Position numbers and translations under genes: made by a program. A DNA stretch of 64,000 nt, taken from contig OZ024742.1 of the NCBI GenBank assembly GCA_964016885.1, forward strand, positions 87,730,001 to 87,794,000. The letters are read 5' to 3'. A model generated the notes under the pieces. That model did no database searches. It saw nothing but the letters and a program-made list of their open reading frames with translations, and was not told the DNA's origin. The number at the start of each line of letters is the position of its first letter. The stretch's first letter is position 1. Shown piece by piece: positions 41,743 to 54,779 of the stretch. The stretch is from Eledone cirrhosa. Taxonomy: Eukaryota.

Positions 41743-42164
41743 ACACATACCATACACATAGATGAAGTACTTTTTATGTATAAGATATAGGAATTTTCTT
41801 ACACTTATATATTTTTCTGAGAAACAAGAGAAAAAACCCGGATAAAAACATTTCTATGTAATAGCAAAACAGCGTGAAGGAAATTAAGTTATTTACCTAT
41901 ATTAAATGTTATAAATGTCAAGACAACAAAGGAAATTTAAGACTATAGTAACCTTATGTTATAATACAAACCTTATATTATAACTTTTATAGTTAGTAAA
42001 TCCACCTATTATGTAGTTGTGACTGTTATTATATAAGTTTGTTTATCACGAACCTTAAGGAAACACTTATAATCTAGTGCATTTGAATTGTATGCATGTA
42101 TGTATATATATACACACAACTCGCACATATGTACACATAGACATAGATACACATACAGCTAGAT

Positions 42165-42260
42165 ATGCGTTATGTCCTTGAGCAAGACACTTTATTTCAC
42201 GTTGCTCCTTCTACCTGGAGTTGCGACCGATAAATAGTATTAGCAATTGGAAAGACCAAT
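42165..42260 (+). mobile_element. SINE central-domain fragment
   Basis: GTCCTTGAGCAAGACACTTTATTTCACGTTGCTCC resembles conserved metazoan SINE core domains. Confidence 0.45.
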
Positions 42261-42329
42261 GGAAACACTGTTTCCTCGGTCCGATTTGACGAAAGTCGAT
42301 CGTTAGTAAAATATATATATATATATACA

Positions 42330-43022
42330 TATATTAGAAAGTGAGGTTTTTTTTACAAAATGAAAAATAACCGCGGTGTCCTACACGAGTGAAAGTCTAA
42401 AGAAAAAGGGATGAAATCGAAAATGCAACTGGAGTCTTATTTTTTTTTAAAATATATATATTTATTTGGTTCCTTTACCGGTTTCGCAGTTCTTCTGCTT
42501 TTCAAAAGGTGAGTTGAGATGGAGGGTCTGTGGTTTTTCTCACATCCGGTTGGTCTCTGAATGTTACTTGTTTTATATGGAAAAAGTGTCTCGAAATGCC
42601 AGGTTTTTCGAGAAGTAATTTGATTGGTTTGTCAATAATTATAATAAATTTCGCGCCAGTTCGCGTTACAATACTTCTTCAAATAAGAGGGGGGGGGGTC
42701 GCAGGTTGTTTTTTTCATATATGAGTGTTTGAATTTCTTTTTACTTGAAAAAAGGAGGCTCACGAAGGCTTTTTTTTGGTTGGTTATAAATGAAATTATG
42801 GCTGTCATGTGAACAAATTTTCATTAAATTTGTGTGCCCTTATTTGGGAATCCATTCTGTAGCCTTTTTAGAGCATTTTTTGATAAGTGAAAGATAATGG
42901 TCAAGAGAAAGGGATAGGAGAATTGTTCTGGTTCAGTGAATATGGTTAGTTCGCTGGGGTGTCATAATTCAGATTTTCTATTGAATAAAGAAAGTAAAGA
43001 TATGTGTGTTTATTTGTGTGCT

Positions 43023-43055
<33 letters not shown>

Positions 43056-43432
43056 GTTTGAATTTCTTTACTTTAAAAAATGGTGGCTCACGAAGGCTTT
43101 TTTTAATAAACGAGATTTGTTATAATCTTTTTAATAACTTGATTGGTTATAAATGAAATTTGGCTGTCACGTGAACAAGTTTTCATTACATGTTTGCGCC
43201 CTTATTTGGAAAACTATTCTGTAGTCTTTATAGCGAATGTTATGACAATGGAAAGATAGTGGCCAAGAGAAATGGCATTGAGAGAATTTTTTGATAAGTG
43301 AAAGATAATGGTCAAGAGAAAGGGATGGGAGAATTTTCTGGTTCAGTGAATATGGTTAGTTCGCTGGGGTGTCAGAATTCAGATTTTCTATTGAATAAAG
43401 GAAGTAAAGATATGTGTGTTTATTTGTGTGCT

Positions 43433-43465
<33 letters not shown>

Positions 43466-44032
43466 GTTTGAATTTCTTTACTTTAAAAAATGATGGCTCA
43501 CGAAGGCTTTTTTTTAATAAACGAGATTTGTTATAATCTTTTTAATAACTTGATTGGTTATAAATGAAATTTGGCTGTCACGTGAACAAGTTTTCATTAC
43601 ATTTTTGCGCCCTTATTTGGAAAACTCTTCTGTAGTCTTTATAGCGAATGTTATGACAATGGAAAGATAGTGGCCAAGAGAAATGGCATTGGGAGAATTG
43701 TTCTGGTTCAGTGAATATGGTTAGTTCGCTGGGGTGTCAGAGTTCAAATTTTCTATTGAAGTGAAGATATGTATGTTTATTTGTGTGCTTGTGTGTGTGT
43801 ATGTGTGTGCGTATGTGTGTGTGTGTATGTGTGTATTGGAAGATGATTTTATTAGTAGAAATGGGGGAGGGAGTTGTGTGTGTGTGTATATGGGTGTTAT
43901 GTGTGTGTGTGCGAGTTTGTTAAGATGGAGAGAATATATATTTTGTGTGTGTGTATATATATGTGTGTAATAAATATATATATTTTTGTTAAAAATAAGA
44001 CTCCAGTTGCATTTTCGATTTCATCTCTTTTT

Positions 44033-44036
<4 letters not shown>
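42330..44036 (-). mobile_element. Family C non-coding PLE-derived element: pLTR with HHR, ~410-bp internal tandem repeats and an inverted pLTR piece, between (TA)n
   Basis: GGCTCACGAAGGCTTTTT recurs at ~42757, ~43085 and ~43495. 43968-44036 is the reverse complement of ~42400-42466. Confidence 0.75.
42472..42509 (-). ncRNA. 38-nt minimal type I hammerhead ribozyme, C3U/G8A variant (family C)
   Basis: Minus strand reads CCTT-TTGAAAA-GCAG AAGAA CTGC-GAAA-CCGG-TA-AAGG. Confidence 0.9.
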
Positions 44037-44130
<94 letters not shown>

Positions 44131-44623
44131 GTACAGTACATAGTATAATTGAAGTACATAATATATAAAAAATAAGATAAAAATGAATTATATTATGATT
44201 TGGAAATATATTCTTACAATTATAAGCAATATAACTTTAAAGGAATATCATTTAAAAAAAATATAACTTAAAAAAATTACAGAATATCTTAAGATATAAT
44301 TTAAAAATAAGAATATGTCTAAAAAATTCATTATAAAATTTAAATTTTTTATACAATATTTAACTCTCAGTATGTTTAACTTAATTTTATAACTATATGG
44401 GTAATTTTCAAAGAAAAAGAAAGAGAAACTTTCAAAAGAGAAACTTTCAAATATAGGAGAAACATTTCAAAGAAAATATTTTCTCCTTTTAAGAGCTTTC
44501 GGTATGTTTATCTAGAAAAATTTACTAGGAACATTTTTTTCATATTTGAGAGTTTAAACAGTGAAATGAAGGAATCTAATGATTTATAGATAGGTTCAAC
44601 GTATTAATATAATTAATTATATA

Positions 44624-45760
44624 TTACATTTTAAATTTATATTTAAACGTTGAGTTCAATCTATGTCTGAGGCAACTGAATAGATTTCTTCTTACATTTA
44701 GGGAATTTTTGCTTTTTAATATAAAGAATATTTCCTCTATACAAAGATCACAATTTTCTGAAGAGGAATTAAAAGGAGTAGCTTTTGAAATAATATTCCA
44801 AAGTAACGAACATTTAACGTTCTTTAATTTGAGGTCCCATAATAAGCTGGATGGAGAAGTTGAAGATATTTTGTTTAAATGCGTAAAAGAGCTTTTATAG
44901 TTATTAAAACGAGATTTAAAATCTGTGGAAGTAGATCCTACATAATTAAATGAATTTAAATTAGTTATTACATTACAATTATATACTATATTTTTAGCTA
45001 AGCAATTGTTATTTAACGAACAATTAGATTTATTTCTACAGTTACATTTATCAAATTGGATATTGCTGGGGTTAGTAGTGGTATTTTGGTTAGATTTTAC
45101 ATTTCTATTATTAATTCTATTAATATTCTGCGCTAAATATTTGGTGGATGAATAAGTTAATTGTATAGTATGTCTATTAAAAATTGAGTAATATCTGTGT
45201 TCTAGGGAAGCATTTGTCAAGAGCTTTAAAAAATAGTTTAGCAATAGGAGTTTTAATATTTAATGAGAAAGGAGGAGCGACCCATAATATATTCCTAGTT
45301 CTATTTCTTTTTTTGTTTTCAGAATTATTGTAAGGTTTTCTATTATAGTTGTTAAAATTGTTAGGATTATGGTTAGTTGTTATATTATTATTATGAATGT
45401 ATTTAATTTTATTTCTATATCCAGCTCTACCTAACGCTTGGTTGTAATAATGTGCTTATCATCAAATATATTCTTATTAGCTGAAATTCTAGAAATGCGT
45501 TGCTGTACAGAATTCACTATATTATTTTTAACGGTGATTAGAGTTAAAATTAACGTAGTTTAACTTCTCGTTTAGTTTGTGAAAAGGATAATGAAGACAT
45601 GTGTTAAGGTTTAATGTTACATCTAGAAAATTAACTATTTTATGGTTATTCTCTATTTCTACTTTTAGATTAAGGTAATTAAAAAAATGTATAATTACTT
45701 TTCTTTTCCTATTTAATTCACAGTTATTATTTTCGATAAGCAAAAGCATATCGTCTACTG
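44624..45760 (-). pseudogene. 5'-truncated Hydra-type PLE (family D) RT C-terminus + GIY-YIG
   Basis: VNFLDVTLNL, YVNFNSNH, CNCRNKSNCSLNNNC (CxC-x5-C-x5-C), IVYNC...YVGST and CDLC...CLRH motifs. An inverted family D pLTR with a truncated HHR lies at 45800-45960. Confidence 0.9.
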
Positions 45761-45956
45761 CGATTTAAAAATATCCGACACTAATTTGCATAATAGTATA
45801 AATAAATTTATAACCCCACTATCCGGGAGCTTCCAAGAGAAATGGTCGCATTCTTTAAGGGTATGTCAATATCTATTTATAAAACTGATCTATATTATAT
45901 TTTATCTGATGAAAGCACACCATAATTTAACTTGGTGTATCCATTGTTTAAGATAT

Positions 45957-46017
<61 letters not shown>

Positions 46018-46479
46018 CTGTGTATGTGTGTGTGTATGTGTGTATGTGTGTGTGTCTATATATGGGTTTCAGGTTGACCTCGAGTGCTACAGGTAACATG
46101 TAACCAAGTACAATATGTCTTATGGTCGGGTCGCCAGCGACTAAACCGGCAAACCCACCAAGCTTGCTTGTTGAGGAGGGTGATCTTTGAACACCCTGCG
46201 GGATGAAATACATGACACGGCAAAGTGCGGAGGTACTCAACCGAGTCAACAACCATCCATATAGAACTGTTATTTCCACCTGGGAGTGAAAGACTCCCAG
46301 TTGTTGTCACAACACCTTTCTAAGAGAGGGAAACTCTTAAAAAACATGGGGCTTCAGAAGTATATGATGTTCTTGATCAGTTCTTCTTTTCGGGTAGTGT
46401 TATATATATATGTATATATATAGAGAGAGATAAATGAAAAGTATAGAAATTATTGTAGCAAGAAGCCAACAGTATTAAC

Positions 46480-46562
46480 AATTCATCCTTACGAGGTCGA
46501 TAAGATAAAGTACCAGTAACACATTGGTGAATTGCTGGCCTTGTGCCTAAAGTAGAAACAAT
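46480..46562 (+). mobile_element. 3' part of a tRNA-derived SINE
   Basis: Matches the tail of 53720-53900. Confidence 0.65.
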
Positions 46563-46587
46563 GATATATATATATATATATATATAT

Positions 46588-47313
46588 ATAGATAATTTAA
46601 TATATCAACTAACATAAGCGCACAGATGCACGCCCATGCTAGCAAATACACAGGTTATGTCATAGTACCTAGGTGGTTCAATGCAGTGAAAATTTAAGTA
46701 AGTAAGTAAAAAAATTTTTTTTAATTTTTAAAAAAAATATTTTCTTATTTTACGTCTTTTATATTATTGTTCTGCATTCTCCTGCATTGAACCACCTAGG
46801 TACTATGACATAACCTGTGTATTTGCTAGCATGGGCGTGCATCTGTGCGCTTATGTTAGTTGATATATTAAATTATCTATATTTATCTCCAAATCACTGA
46901 TTTGTCGAGCAAACTTGCCAAAACCACTTCTAAAAAAATTTTTTGGGGTGTTAGTAGGCGTCAGTCATCTTACCATCCCATTCCTTCTAACTAGCCTCTG
47001 TGTCACGTGATTGATTCTTTAGAATCGGCCATTTGACCTGAAGCAGTGAGAATTTCGGTACATAGAATCCAGTCCTCGCCAGCTGTTCGATCTACCGAAT
47101 TATTATTATTTTTATATGAGCCGCCAGTGTCCGCGCATTGCCTGGAGACTTAACTGAGAATAGACTCCCTGATGACGCAATGAATTCTCGACAGTTGGAT
47201 TACGTAACTGTCTTTATCCCATTGCAGAAACTAATTAGTTGGAGTGAAAATTTAAGTAAGTAAGTAAAAAATTGTTTAAAAATGTTTTTAAAAAATATTT
47301 TCTTACTTTACGT

Positions 47314-47316
<3 letters not shown>
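46588..47316 (+). mobile_element. Non-coding retrozyme-like element: 99-bp inverted 5' segment + 558-bp unit + ~74-bp terminal redundancy, in (TA)n
   Basis: 46588-46686 is the reverse complement of 46782-46880. 46685-46758 repeats at 47243-47316. Confidence 0.88.
47164..47245 (+). ncRNA. Type I hammerhead ribozyme with an extra hairpin in loop II
   Basis: ACTCC-CTGATGA-C GCAATG...GACAGTT/AACTGTC...CATTGC A-GAAA-CTAATTAG-TT-GGAGT. Confidence 0.85.
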
Positions 47317-47368
<52 letters not shown>

Positions 47369-48004
47369 GTGTGTGTGTGTGTGCCAGTTTATCACGTGTT
47401 CAATCAGAGGTAACCACAATAAGTAAGGTACTCAATACATAGCAGAGTATAACTGTTTAATATAGAAATGGCTTCTATAGAGTTTTATTCGAAGGAATCA
47501 CCAGGTAAGCCGATTGTTAATGTGATATGGCGGTATTTATAAATTTCCTGGTGGTAGGGGAAATAGGTGATTGGCAGGGTGGAGTTCGTTGTCAGATGGA
47601 TTTAAAGAATCGGTATTCTTTAAAAGAATCTATATTCAGATAAAAATACATAGTGATACAAAGGCAAAAGTGAATTCACGCCAAATACCTCTAGACAAAT
47701 GCATATACACTAACAGGCACTCCTAATTTTCAAGGTTCATTGATTCTAAGTGAACAAAGTGTTTTCATTAAGTGGCTAACCTAACAGTCTCTGCTAAATG
47801 ATGGTGATGTGTGCAAAAAATAGTCAGGTGCCTACAATCACACACATATATGTACAGACACTCACACACACAGACGCGCGCGCGCGCATACATACACACA
47901 CGCACGCACACAACCCCCAGTCTCAAGCGTGAACCTAATAGTAACAACTTTCGTACTTTACTCATTGTTGCAAATTAATTTTCCGATATATATATATATA
48001 TATA

Positions 48005-51000
48005 TTTCGCTTCTGAATTTGTTTAGGAAGATTCTTTATCTGAAAACGTGTGTTGAAACCGATATTGTTATACTTTGGGAGGGTCATGTTGCCAATAAGA
48101 AACACACGCACCAGTTGTTTTCACTTCAGTTTATTATAATAAATTTATAAATTTAGGAATTCATAAATTTCTGGTTGGTTGGTTGGTTCCACAACCAGAT
48201 AGTTGGTTATATATTGTCAAAGATCTTTCGTCACACATTATGTGACCTCTTCACTGACTGGGGATTATTTTCTTTGTTTTTGTGTGTCCTACGCCATTTT
48301 GTTTCTGTGTGTGTGCTGTGTGCTCAGTCAGCGCATGCGCCACATCTGGGTGTCTGTGTTTGTTTATATTCGTTTATTTATTTGTTTATTTACATGTTAC
48401 CGGTTGGTTGTTTGTTCTATGTGCGTGTGTGTTTTCATTTTGTAGTTAATTGTAAGTTGTGATGTTGCTGTTCCACTCATATTTTCTGTTTAATGTTGGT
48501 TGTATTTCTTTTATGTTTATTGCCTCTGTGATTTGTCTAAATATTGCGTCTTTTCAGTGTGTAGATTCTATTTTTATTTCTATGTTCTCTAATTTACCCT
48601 TGTGTACTATTTTAGCATGTTGGTAGAGTACAGATGATTCTTTACTATCTTGAAGGTCTCGCCAGTGTTCATGTATCCGTTCCCCTACACTACGAGCTGT
48701 CTCACCTATTTACACTATATTTTTGTCTCTACATTGTCCTTCAGTACATCTTATGCTATATACTACATTTCTAGTTTTACAGTTAATATGGGGGCTTATT
48801 TTACAGGTTATACATTTCTTATCTATACACGGGGGTCTTTGAAAAGGGTATGTCTTGCTAATAAGTGTTTTTACGGAGGTACATGTTCTTTCTACTATCT
48901 TAATATTGAGTTTATGTTTATCTAGGGCCCTTCTAAATTTGTAAGCTAATTCAACTCTAGGAGTTGTATCGATGAACATTACACTCTGGTATTTATTGCT
49001 CTCATACCATGAGTTTATTCTATTACCCTTATTCCTAGTTCTTTCTATTCTTTTCCAAAATTTGCTCCTATAGAAGGGTCTGGTCCCATTTGTGTCATTA
49101 TTTACAATTTTTTCCCATTTGGTTCTGGCTCCTCTATACACTCTAATTTTATCTCTCTGATTATAACCAGAGAACTGCATACGGTGGATGAAGTGTTGTA
49201 TGTGTCTCTCTAGTTCTTCGGAGTTGCACATGCGGGACACGTTTCTCATCACCCGTACCAAATCCGCAATCAGTATGTTGATTTTGGTATGGTCCAAAAC
49301 AGCTGATGTTTCGGTGGATCAGATGTTTGGAAATCATCGGTTTGGCATAATGGGAATGGAGGATTTGTTTTTTGTTATTAGTGGTATCTAACCAGAGCTC
49401 TGTGTCTAGTACAGGTAAATGATGGTTGGGGTGTTTACTTGGGTAGTCTATAGTAACTCTAATACTCTGGTGGATGGAGTTGGCTATTTGCGGGATGCTT
49501 TACATTGTGTTTTTCTCTAGTTCCTGACTGTTCTCTAGTGGGGGTGTCTTAACTACGATGTTTATATCATCAACGTAGCGGGAGTACATTATCAGGGTTA
49601 AGGGGTCTTCTATTTGTTCTTTAAGTTTAAGTTTAAGTCTACTGTCCCACCATACCATGAATAAGTTAGCTATGTTGCCTGCAATGCTAACACCAATGGC
49701 TGCTCCTTCCTCTTGGGCATATGTTTTTCCATTAAATTTGAACATATGTTCCTTAAGGGTTAGTTTTATGCTGGCCCCTACCGCATGTGCAATCATTTTC
49801 TTCAGTTCATCGTGGTTTTCGGGTGTCCGTATGGCTCTGGTCCACCCGTACCATTTATCTGTGTGGGTTTTCTTGGCCATTGAGGTAATGGTAGGTGGTC
49901 TGCCTCTTGCAGGTCTTGTAATTATTACTATAGGTAAGTTTAAGTAGTATCCCAGCTCACTGGTATCAATCCCACGGAACTCAACATTGCGCTCACTGAT
50001 CATTTCTACGCATTTCTCCACAGCAAAATACACGTCAATAGAAGGTTACAGGGACACAACATCCATACTACCTATTATGCAGTTTGTTAGGTCTCTAGAT
50101 CGGTTATTCTCGCCGATTCTGCTGAGGAGGTCCTCCGAGCTGTCACATTCATCTGGGGACATTTCAATGATGGGGCGTATGATCAGGGAGAGGAAGTAGG
50201 ACAGTCTGTAGTTACTAGCAATGTTATCTCCACAGACTGGCTGCGTTGGTGGTCCCGTGACAGGGTCACTGCCCGTTTTATGGTCTTTTCGAAGCCCATA
50301 CAACGCCGGCACTTCATTGTTCCAGGCCTGGAAGTTGTTAGCAGTCCTTTTGTTGGGCTGCATTATATTCGTCCACATCACCATATGGGCATTGAGGGCT
50401 TTTTCTCTATCGTCATGCTCCTGTCGTGTTACCTCTCTTGTGTTAGTGATGTGGGGTTGCATTGCCTGGATGTAGTTTGGCAGGCTGTCAACCGACATTC
50501 TGCCAGACTTGTTTGTTGGAAAGCATGCTATCTCTCCATTACGCGAGCGCTGCATGAGCTTACGCAAACCATTTGCAGATTTTTCTCCCAGTTGCTGGGC
50601 CTCCATTCTATTATGCTTCTTGCTATACTGTTCTATAATATTTCTAAGTTCGGATCTAGCTATACTAAATTGTGCTTCTGTTTGTTCATCGATCTGCGAC
50701 GGCAATTACATGCGTTTATTAAATGGTAAAGTCGTGGCGTGGACTCGTCGCAGGTCGAACGACTTATCGGAGGGATTATAAAAAGTAGAGTTCCAGGCTG
50801 CTGCTTTATGTGTACTAGTGCTATTGTTATTATTAGTTGTGTTGTTTCTATTTCTATTTCCACCAACAGCCTCATGGTTGTTTCTATGTCTCTCATTATT
50901 ACTCCTGTCTCTTTCCACTGGCTCATTGTTATTATCTACTCTATTTTGTGTGTCTGTGTGTTCGTCTTGGTTATTTTCGTTGTCCATAGTGTCCCTTCTC

Positions 51001-51588
51001 CTTTTAATCCTATTACTTTCCCTTATTTCTGTGATTTCTGTGCTAGTGTCATTACTTGTTTTATGTGCCTGTGTGTTTGTTAAGATTGTGATGGTGGTGA
51101 GAGGCATTGAATGTGTGTGTTTTGTTGTTGTTGATGTGTGCTGTTGTTGATGCGTGTTGTTGTTGTCTCCGTGTGTGTTATTATTGTTGTGTGTGTTGTT
51201 ATTGTTGTTTGTGTCTGCGTGTCTGTTGTTGTTGTTTATGAGCATGTTATTATTGTTGGTGTGTGTGTTGTTGTTAGTGTTGTTTGTGTCTGTGTGTCTG
51301 TTGTTGTTGGGATGTATGTTGTATATGTGTCTGCGTATGTTGTTTCTTTTGTTTTTGTTATTGTTTTTGAGGCTCCAACGTAATTTGGGAAATGATTTTT
51401 CTATTTCTGACAGACAACTAATCATATTTACCTTCTTGAATGTCGCAAATGTGTCGTTGATGTGGAAGCTGGCTAGCCTGCAGTGGGTCTCATGTCTGGT
51501 GAGTGCCTTTTGGTTGGCTGTCCGCGTAGAGAAGGTCGTGAGTGGGCTAGTTGGATATTCATCGAGGTTCTGTGGTTTTTCTCACATG
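48005..51588 (-). mobile_element. Longest subfamily A Neptune-type PLE copy (N-terminal region, RT, GIY-YIG, pLTR), disrupted
   Basis: ORFs 50706-51425, 50046-50705, 49500-50033 (MYSRYVDD) and 48710-49297 are collinear. The pLTR HHR at 48216-48258 has a palindromic AGATCT stem III but a C3G core. The 3' end is at (TA)n 47987-48005. Confidence 0.95.
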
Positions 51589-51750
51589 ATGTGAGAAAAA
51601 ACACAGACCCTCTATCTCAAGTCTACTTTTGAAAAGTAGAAGAACTGTGAAACCGGCAAAAGAACCAAATAAATATATATATATTTTTAAAAATAAGACT
51701 CCAATTGCATTTTCGATTTCATCTTTTTTCCTTATATATAAATATATATA
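51589..51750 (+). mobile_element. Family C pLTR with a degenerate HHR (51626-51662)
   Basis: Reverse complement of 42400-42545; CTT-TTGAAAA-GTAG AAGAA CTGT-GAAA-CCGG-CA-AAAG. Confidence 0.8.
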
Positions 51751-51796
51751 CATAATACAAGTTATATTTAGTTATCTAGAACTTAAATCCTGCTAA

Positions 51797-52056
51797 ATGT
51801 TCTCAACTCAATATATGATTAATTGTTTTGACTGAAATTCCTTAGTACATAGTCCCGTGAGAAAGAATAATACATTTGTGAGAACTGCAAAATGCATGCA
51901 TACAATGCACTTTGATATAGGTCTCTCAAAGATAGCTTGTGTAACGTTCAAACTTACCAATGACTTTTCGCTGTTAATGTAATTATAACGATTACAAAGA
52001 AATCACTTATTGATATGCGCAACTCTCAATTTCAATTAGATATTTCACTAAATAGA
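51797..52056 (+). pseudogene. Leucine-rich-repeat gene relic (LRRNT-like + LRR)
   Basis: CSQLNI*LIVLTEIP, then NVIITITKKSLIDMRNSQFQLDISLNR, an LRR-like pattern. Confidence 0.4.
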
Positions 52057-52539
52057 AAGAATATGTCATAATATATGCGCCTAATATTTTTTTGTCACAT
52101 ATAATGACATGTTTGCGTTTAATTTATACCTTGGGCCTATAGATAATATTCCAGAAAAACATACGTTAAGTTGTATATGATAAATATATGAATGTTCGTA
52201 TAATTGTTATGGATATTATCTCGGTATTTCGTTGACCGTTTGAAAAAAATCTCTTAACGTTATGGTTTGAATTTCCAAATCAGAACTTGAAGGTTATCTC
52301 GATATAGTACCAAATATTACACCGATAAAAAATTAATTAGTTAAATTAATTCATTAATAATTATTTAGTCTATGTATTATACAGATATTGTAAAATAGTT
52401 ATTACAATCACGTCAAATCCGTATAACTGCATTCTAGTTTTAACTTCAACAGTTCTTATTTCAATGAAAGAGTTTATGATATTCCCTACAGCTGGCAAGG
52501 ATTAATTTAATTGTGCATATATTATGTACTTATTTGAAT

Positions 52540-52649
52540 GGTGGTGGTCGTGGTCTGATTGTGTTGTTGTTGGTGGTGGTGGTGGGCTGGTGGTGTAGGT
52601 GGTGGTGGTGGTGAAGGTTTTTTTGTTGGTGATGGCGGTGGTGAACGTG

Positions 52650-52681
<32 letters not shown>

Positions 52682-52810
52682 GGTGGTGGTGGTGATGGTG
52701 GCGTCGGTGGTGGTGCTGGAGGTGGTGTTGGTGGTGGTTTTCATGTTGATGATGGTGGTGATGGTGGTCTTAGTATTACTAGTAGTAGCAGCAGCAGCAG
52801 CAACAGCATC

Positions 52811-52885
<75 letters not shown>

Positions 52886-52910
52886 CGTAGTAGTAGTAGT
52901 AGTAGTAGTA
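52540..52910. repeat. Compound trinucleotide microsatellite (GGT)n/(TGT)n/(AGC)n/(AGT)n
   Basis: Direct inspection. Confidence 0.95.
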
Positions 52911-53717
52911 TTTGGAATATATGTATCAATATTGTACTAGTAGTATCAATAGACATTATCAGAAATGAGCTTCTCCAGGAATTGGTGAAAGAAAATCATG
53001 AATATGTCGATTTATCGGCGGCAATTTTCTTTATACATTTAATTAATTCTCAATTCTATATTATACTATACTGGAGCCACGGTGTTTATAAATAACTGTT
53101 ATTAGTACAGCTATGTTAATGAAACTATGTTATGAAGTGTGTTTTCAGTGTGAGTTTTATTGAAACTTAACATTGGTAAATATCCATTATCATGATATCA
53201 TGTCAATATTTCCATGAAATATGTTTTACGTTATTTAATTTCGTATATTGAGGATTTTAGTTCAAATGTCACGAAAGTTAATATGCATTTATATTTACTG
53301 GGAAAATCTAACTAACCTAGCGTGCTCGTACAAGTTTAAGGCAATATACCCATATTAGATTTTCAGGTTTTATTCGCATAATACTTTATATTCAATAAAT
53401 ATAAATACAAACTTATATTCGGAGACCTTAAGTTGCCCAGGCACCATACATTTTCAACTATCGGATGTATAACATTGAGGATATAACAAGCTTGCTCATT
53501 AGAGGTGAGACTTATTAATCACAATATTTCATTTCAAATACTCATCCCTCAGCATATCTGAATAAGTTCAACATCCTGATAATCCAAACCTTCGGAGTAA
53601 AGATGATGAGTTGGTGCACATACTCAAAACTGAAATCCTCAGAAGTGGATAACAGTACATGAACTAAGACAGGGAAAAACTAAATGTGTCAATGATCGGA
53701 CAACAAACTGCAAATGA

Positions 53718-53900
53718 GGGCGGTGGATTGGCAGTATCGGTAGAGGGTCGGACGCCAGCATAGTTACGTCCCTTTACGATCTGAGTTCAAATCCCGCCGA
53801 GGTTGACTTTGCCTTTCATCCTTACGGGGTCGATAAAATAAAGTACAAGTAATGCACTGCGTAATTGCTGGCCTTGTGCCTAAAGTAGAAACAATTATTG
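53718..53900 (+). mobile_element. tRNA-derived SINE (octopus-type)
   Basis: Pol III A box TGGCAGTATCGG and B box GTTCAAATCC. The tail is shared with 46480-46562 and 35090-35185. Confidence 0.8.
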
Positions 53901-54779
53901 AAAACGAAGTAATGACCAAAGGAATTGTTCGTATCACTGATGTTATGCATTCATGGAAAGCAACTTAAGATTCTTCGAAAATTAAAGAAACATCTGTTTA
54001 ATAAGTGATCTCAGTAACAGTGGCTGAGTGTTGTACTAAACAGACGGAAATGGAAGGTTGAATATACAGGATTCAGAATTGAAGCAGGTATGTGAGCAGT
54101 TATCCAAAATCAGAATTATCAACAAGCATCAACCATCTAACTTCTATCGATATAAAATATTCCTTTACTACCTAAGTGATGAATGTTTGAGGAAAATTAT
54201 GTTGGATTAAAACTTCCGGAGCAGCCTCATCTAAATAATTAAAGCAGAGCAGTTCTGAATAACATAAAGATTTCTTCAACAAAACATTTAAAGACTGAAT
54301 GTTTTCATGTTCCAGTCATTTTCAGCATCTTCCCGGAGAACATCATAGATGAAACAATCCAGGACGTGTTCACATATATTCCCTTTGGAGCACGGACTCT
54401 GTCCAGTCTTAAACTCGTTGATAATATAAACCTATAAAGCATTGACGAAAACAAATCCTGGATAACACTATCAGACCGGAAATAGTATCAAGAGTGTACG
54501 AAATAGAAATAAGTTCAGGAATATGCAAGATTATGGTTATGGTTATGGAATATGCAAGATTATGGTGATAACCAGAGTATGGCAAGCAACATCATGTTGA
54601 AAGAAAATAGATTTAAGTTAGATAACCTAGGATCTGCCTTTTGCTAGGAATGCATCTTACTGAAGGATATGATGATAGATCTAATCCTCGTCTATTCTAA
54701 CAAGTAGAAGGTGAACTATTTTAGCCATGGCACATCCATAACCTCCAGAAACCCAAATTGTACATGCACTAGAATATTT

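Noticed and set aside
46060-46345. GC-richer segment with a CTGGGAGT/ACTCCCAG hairpin, possibly a LINE 5' UTR with an HDV-like ribozyme
   Set aside because: I could not trace the nested double pseudoknot by eye.
52502-53095. Poly-Gly/Ser/Val/Thr ORFs
   Set aside because: They are translations of trinucleotide microsatellites.
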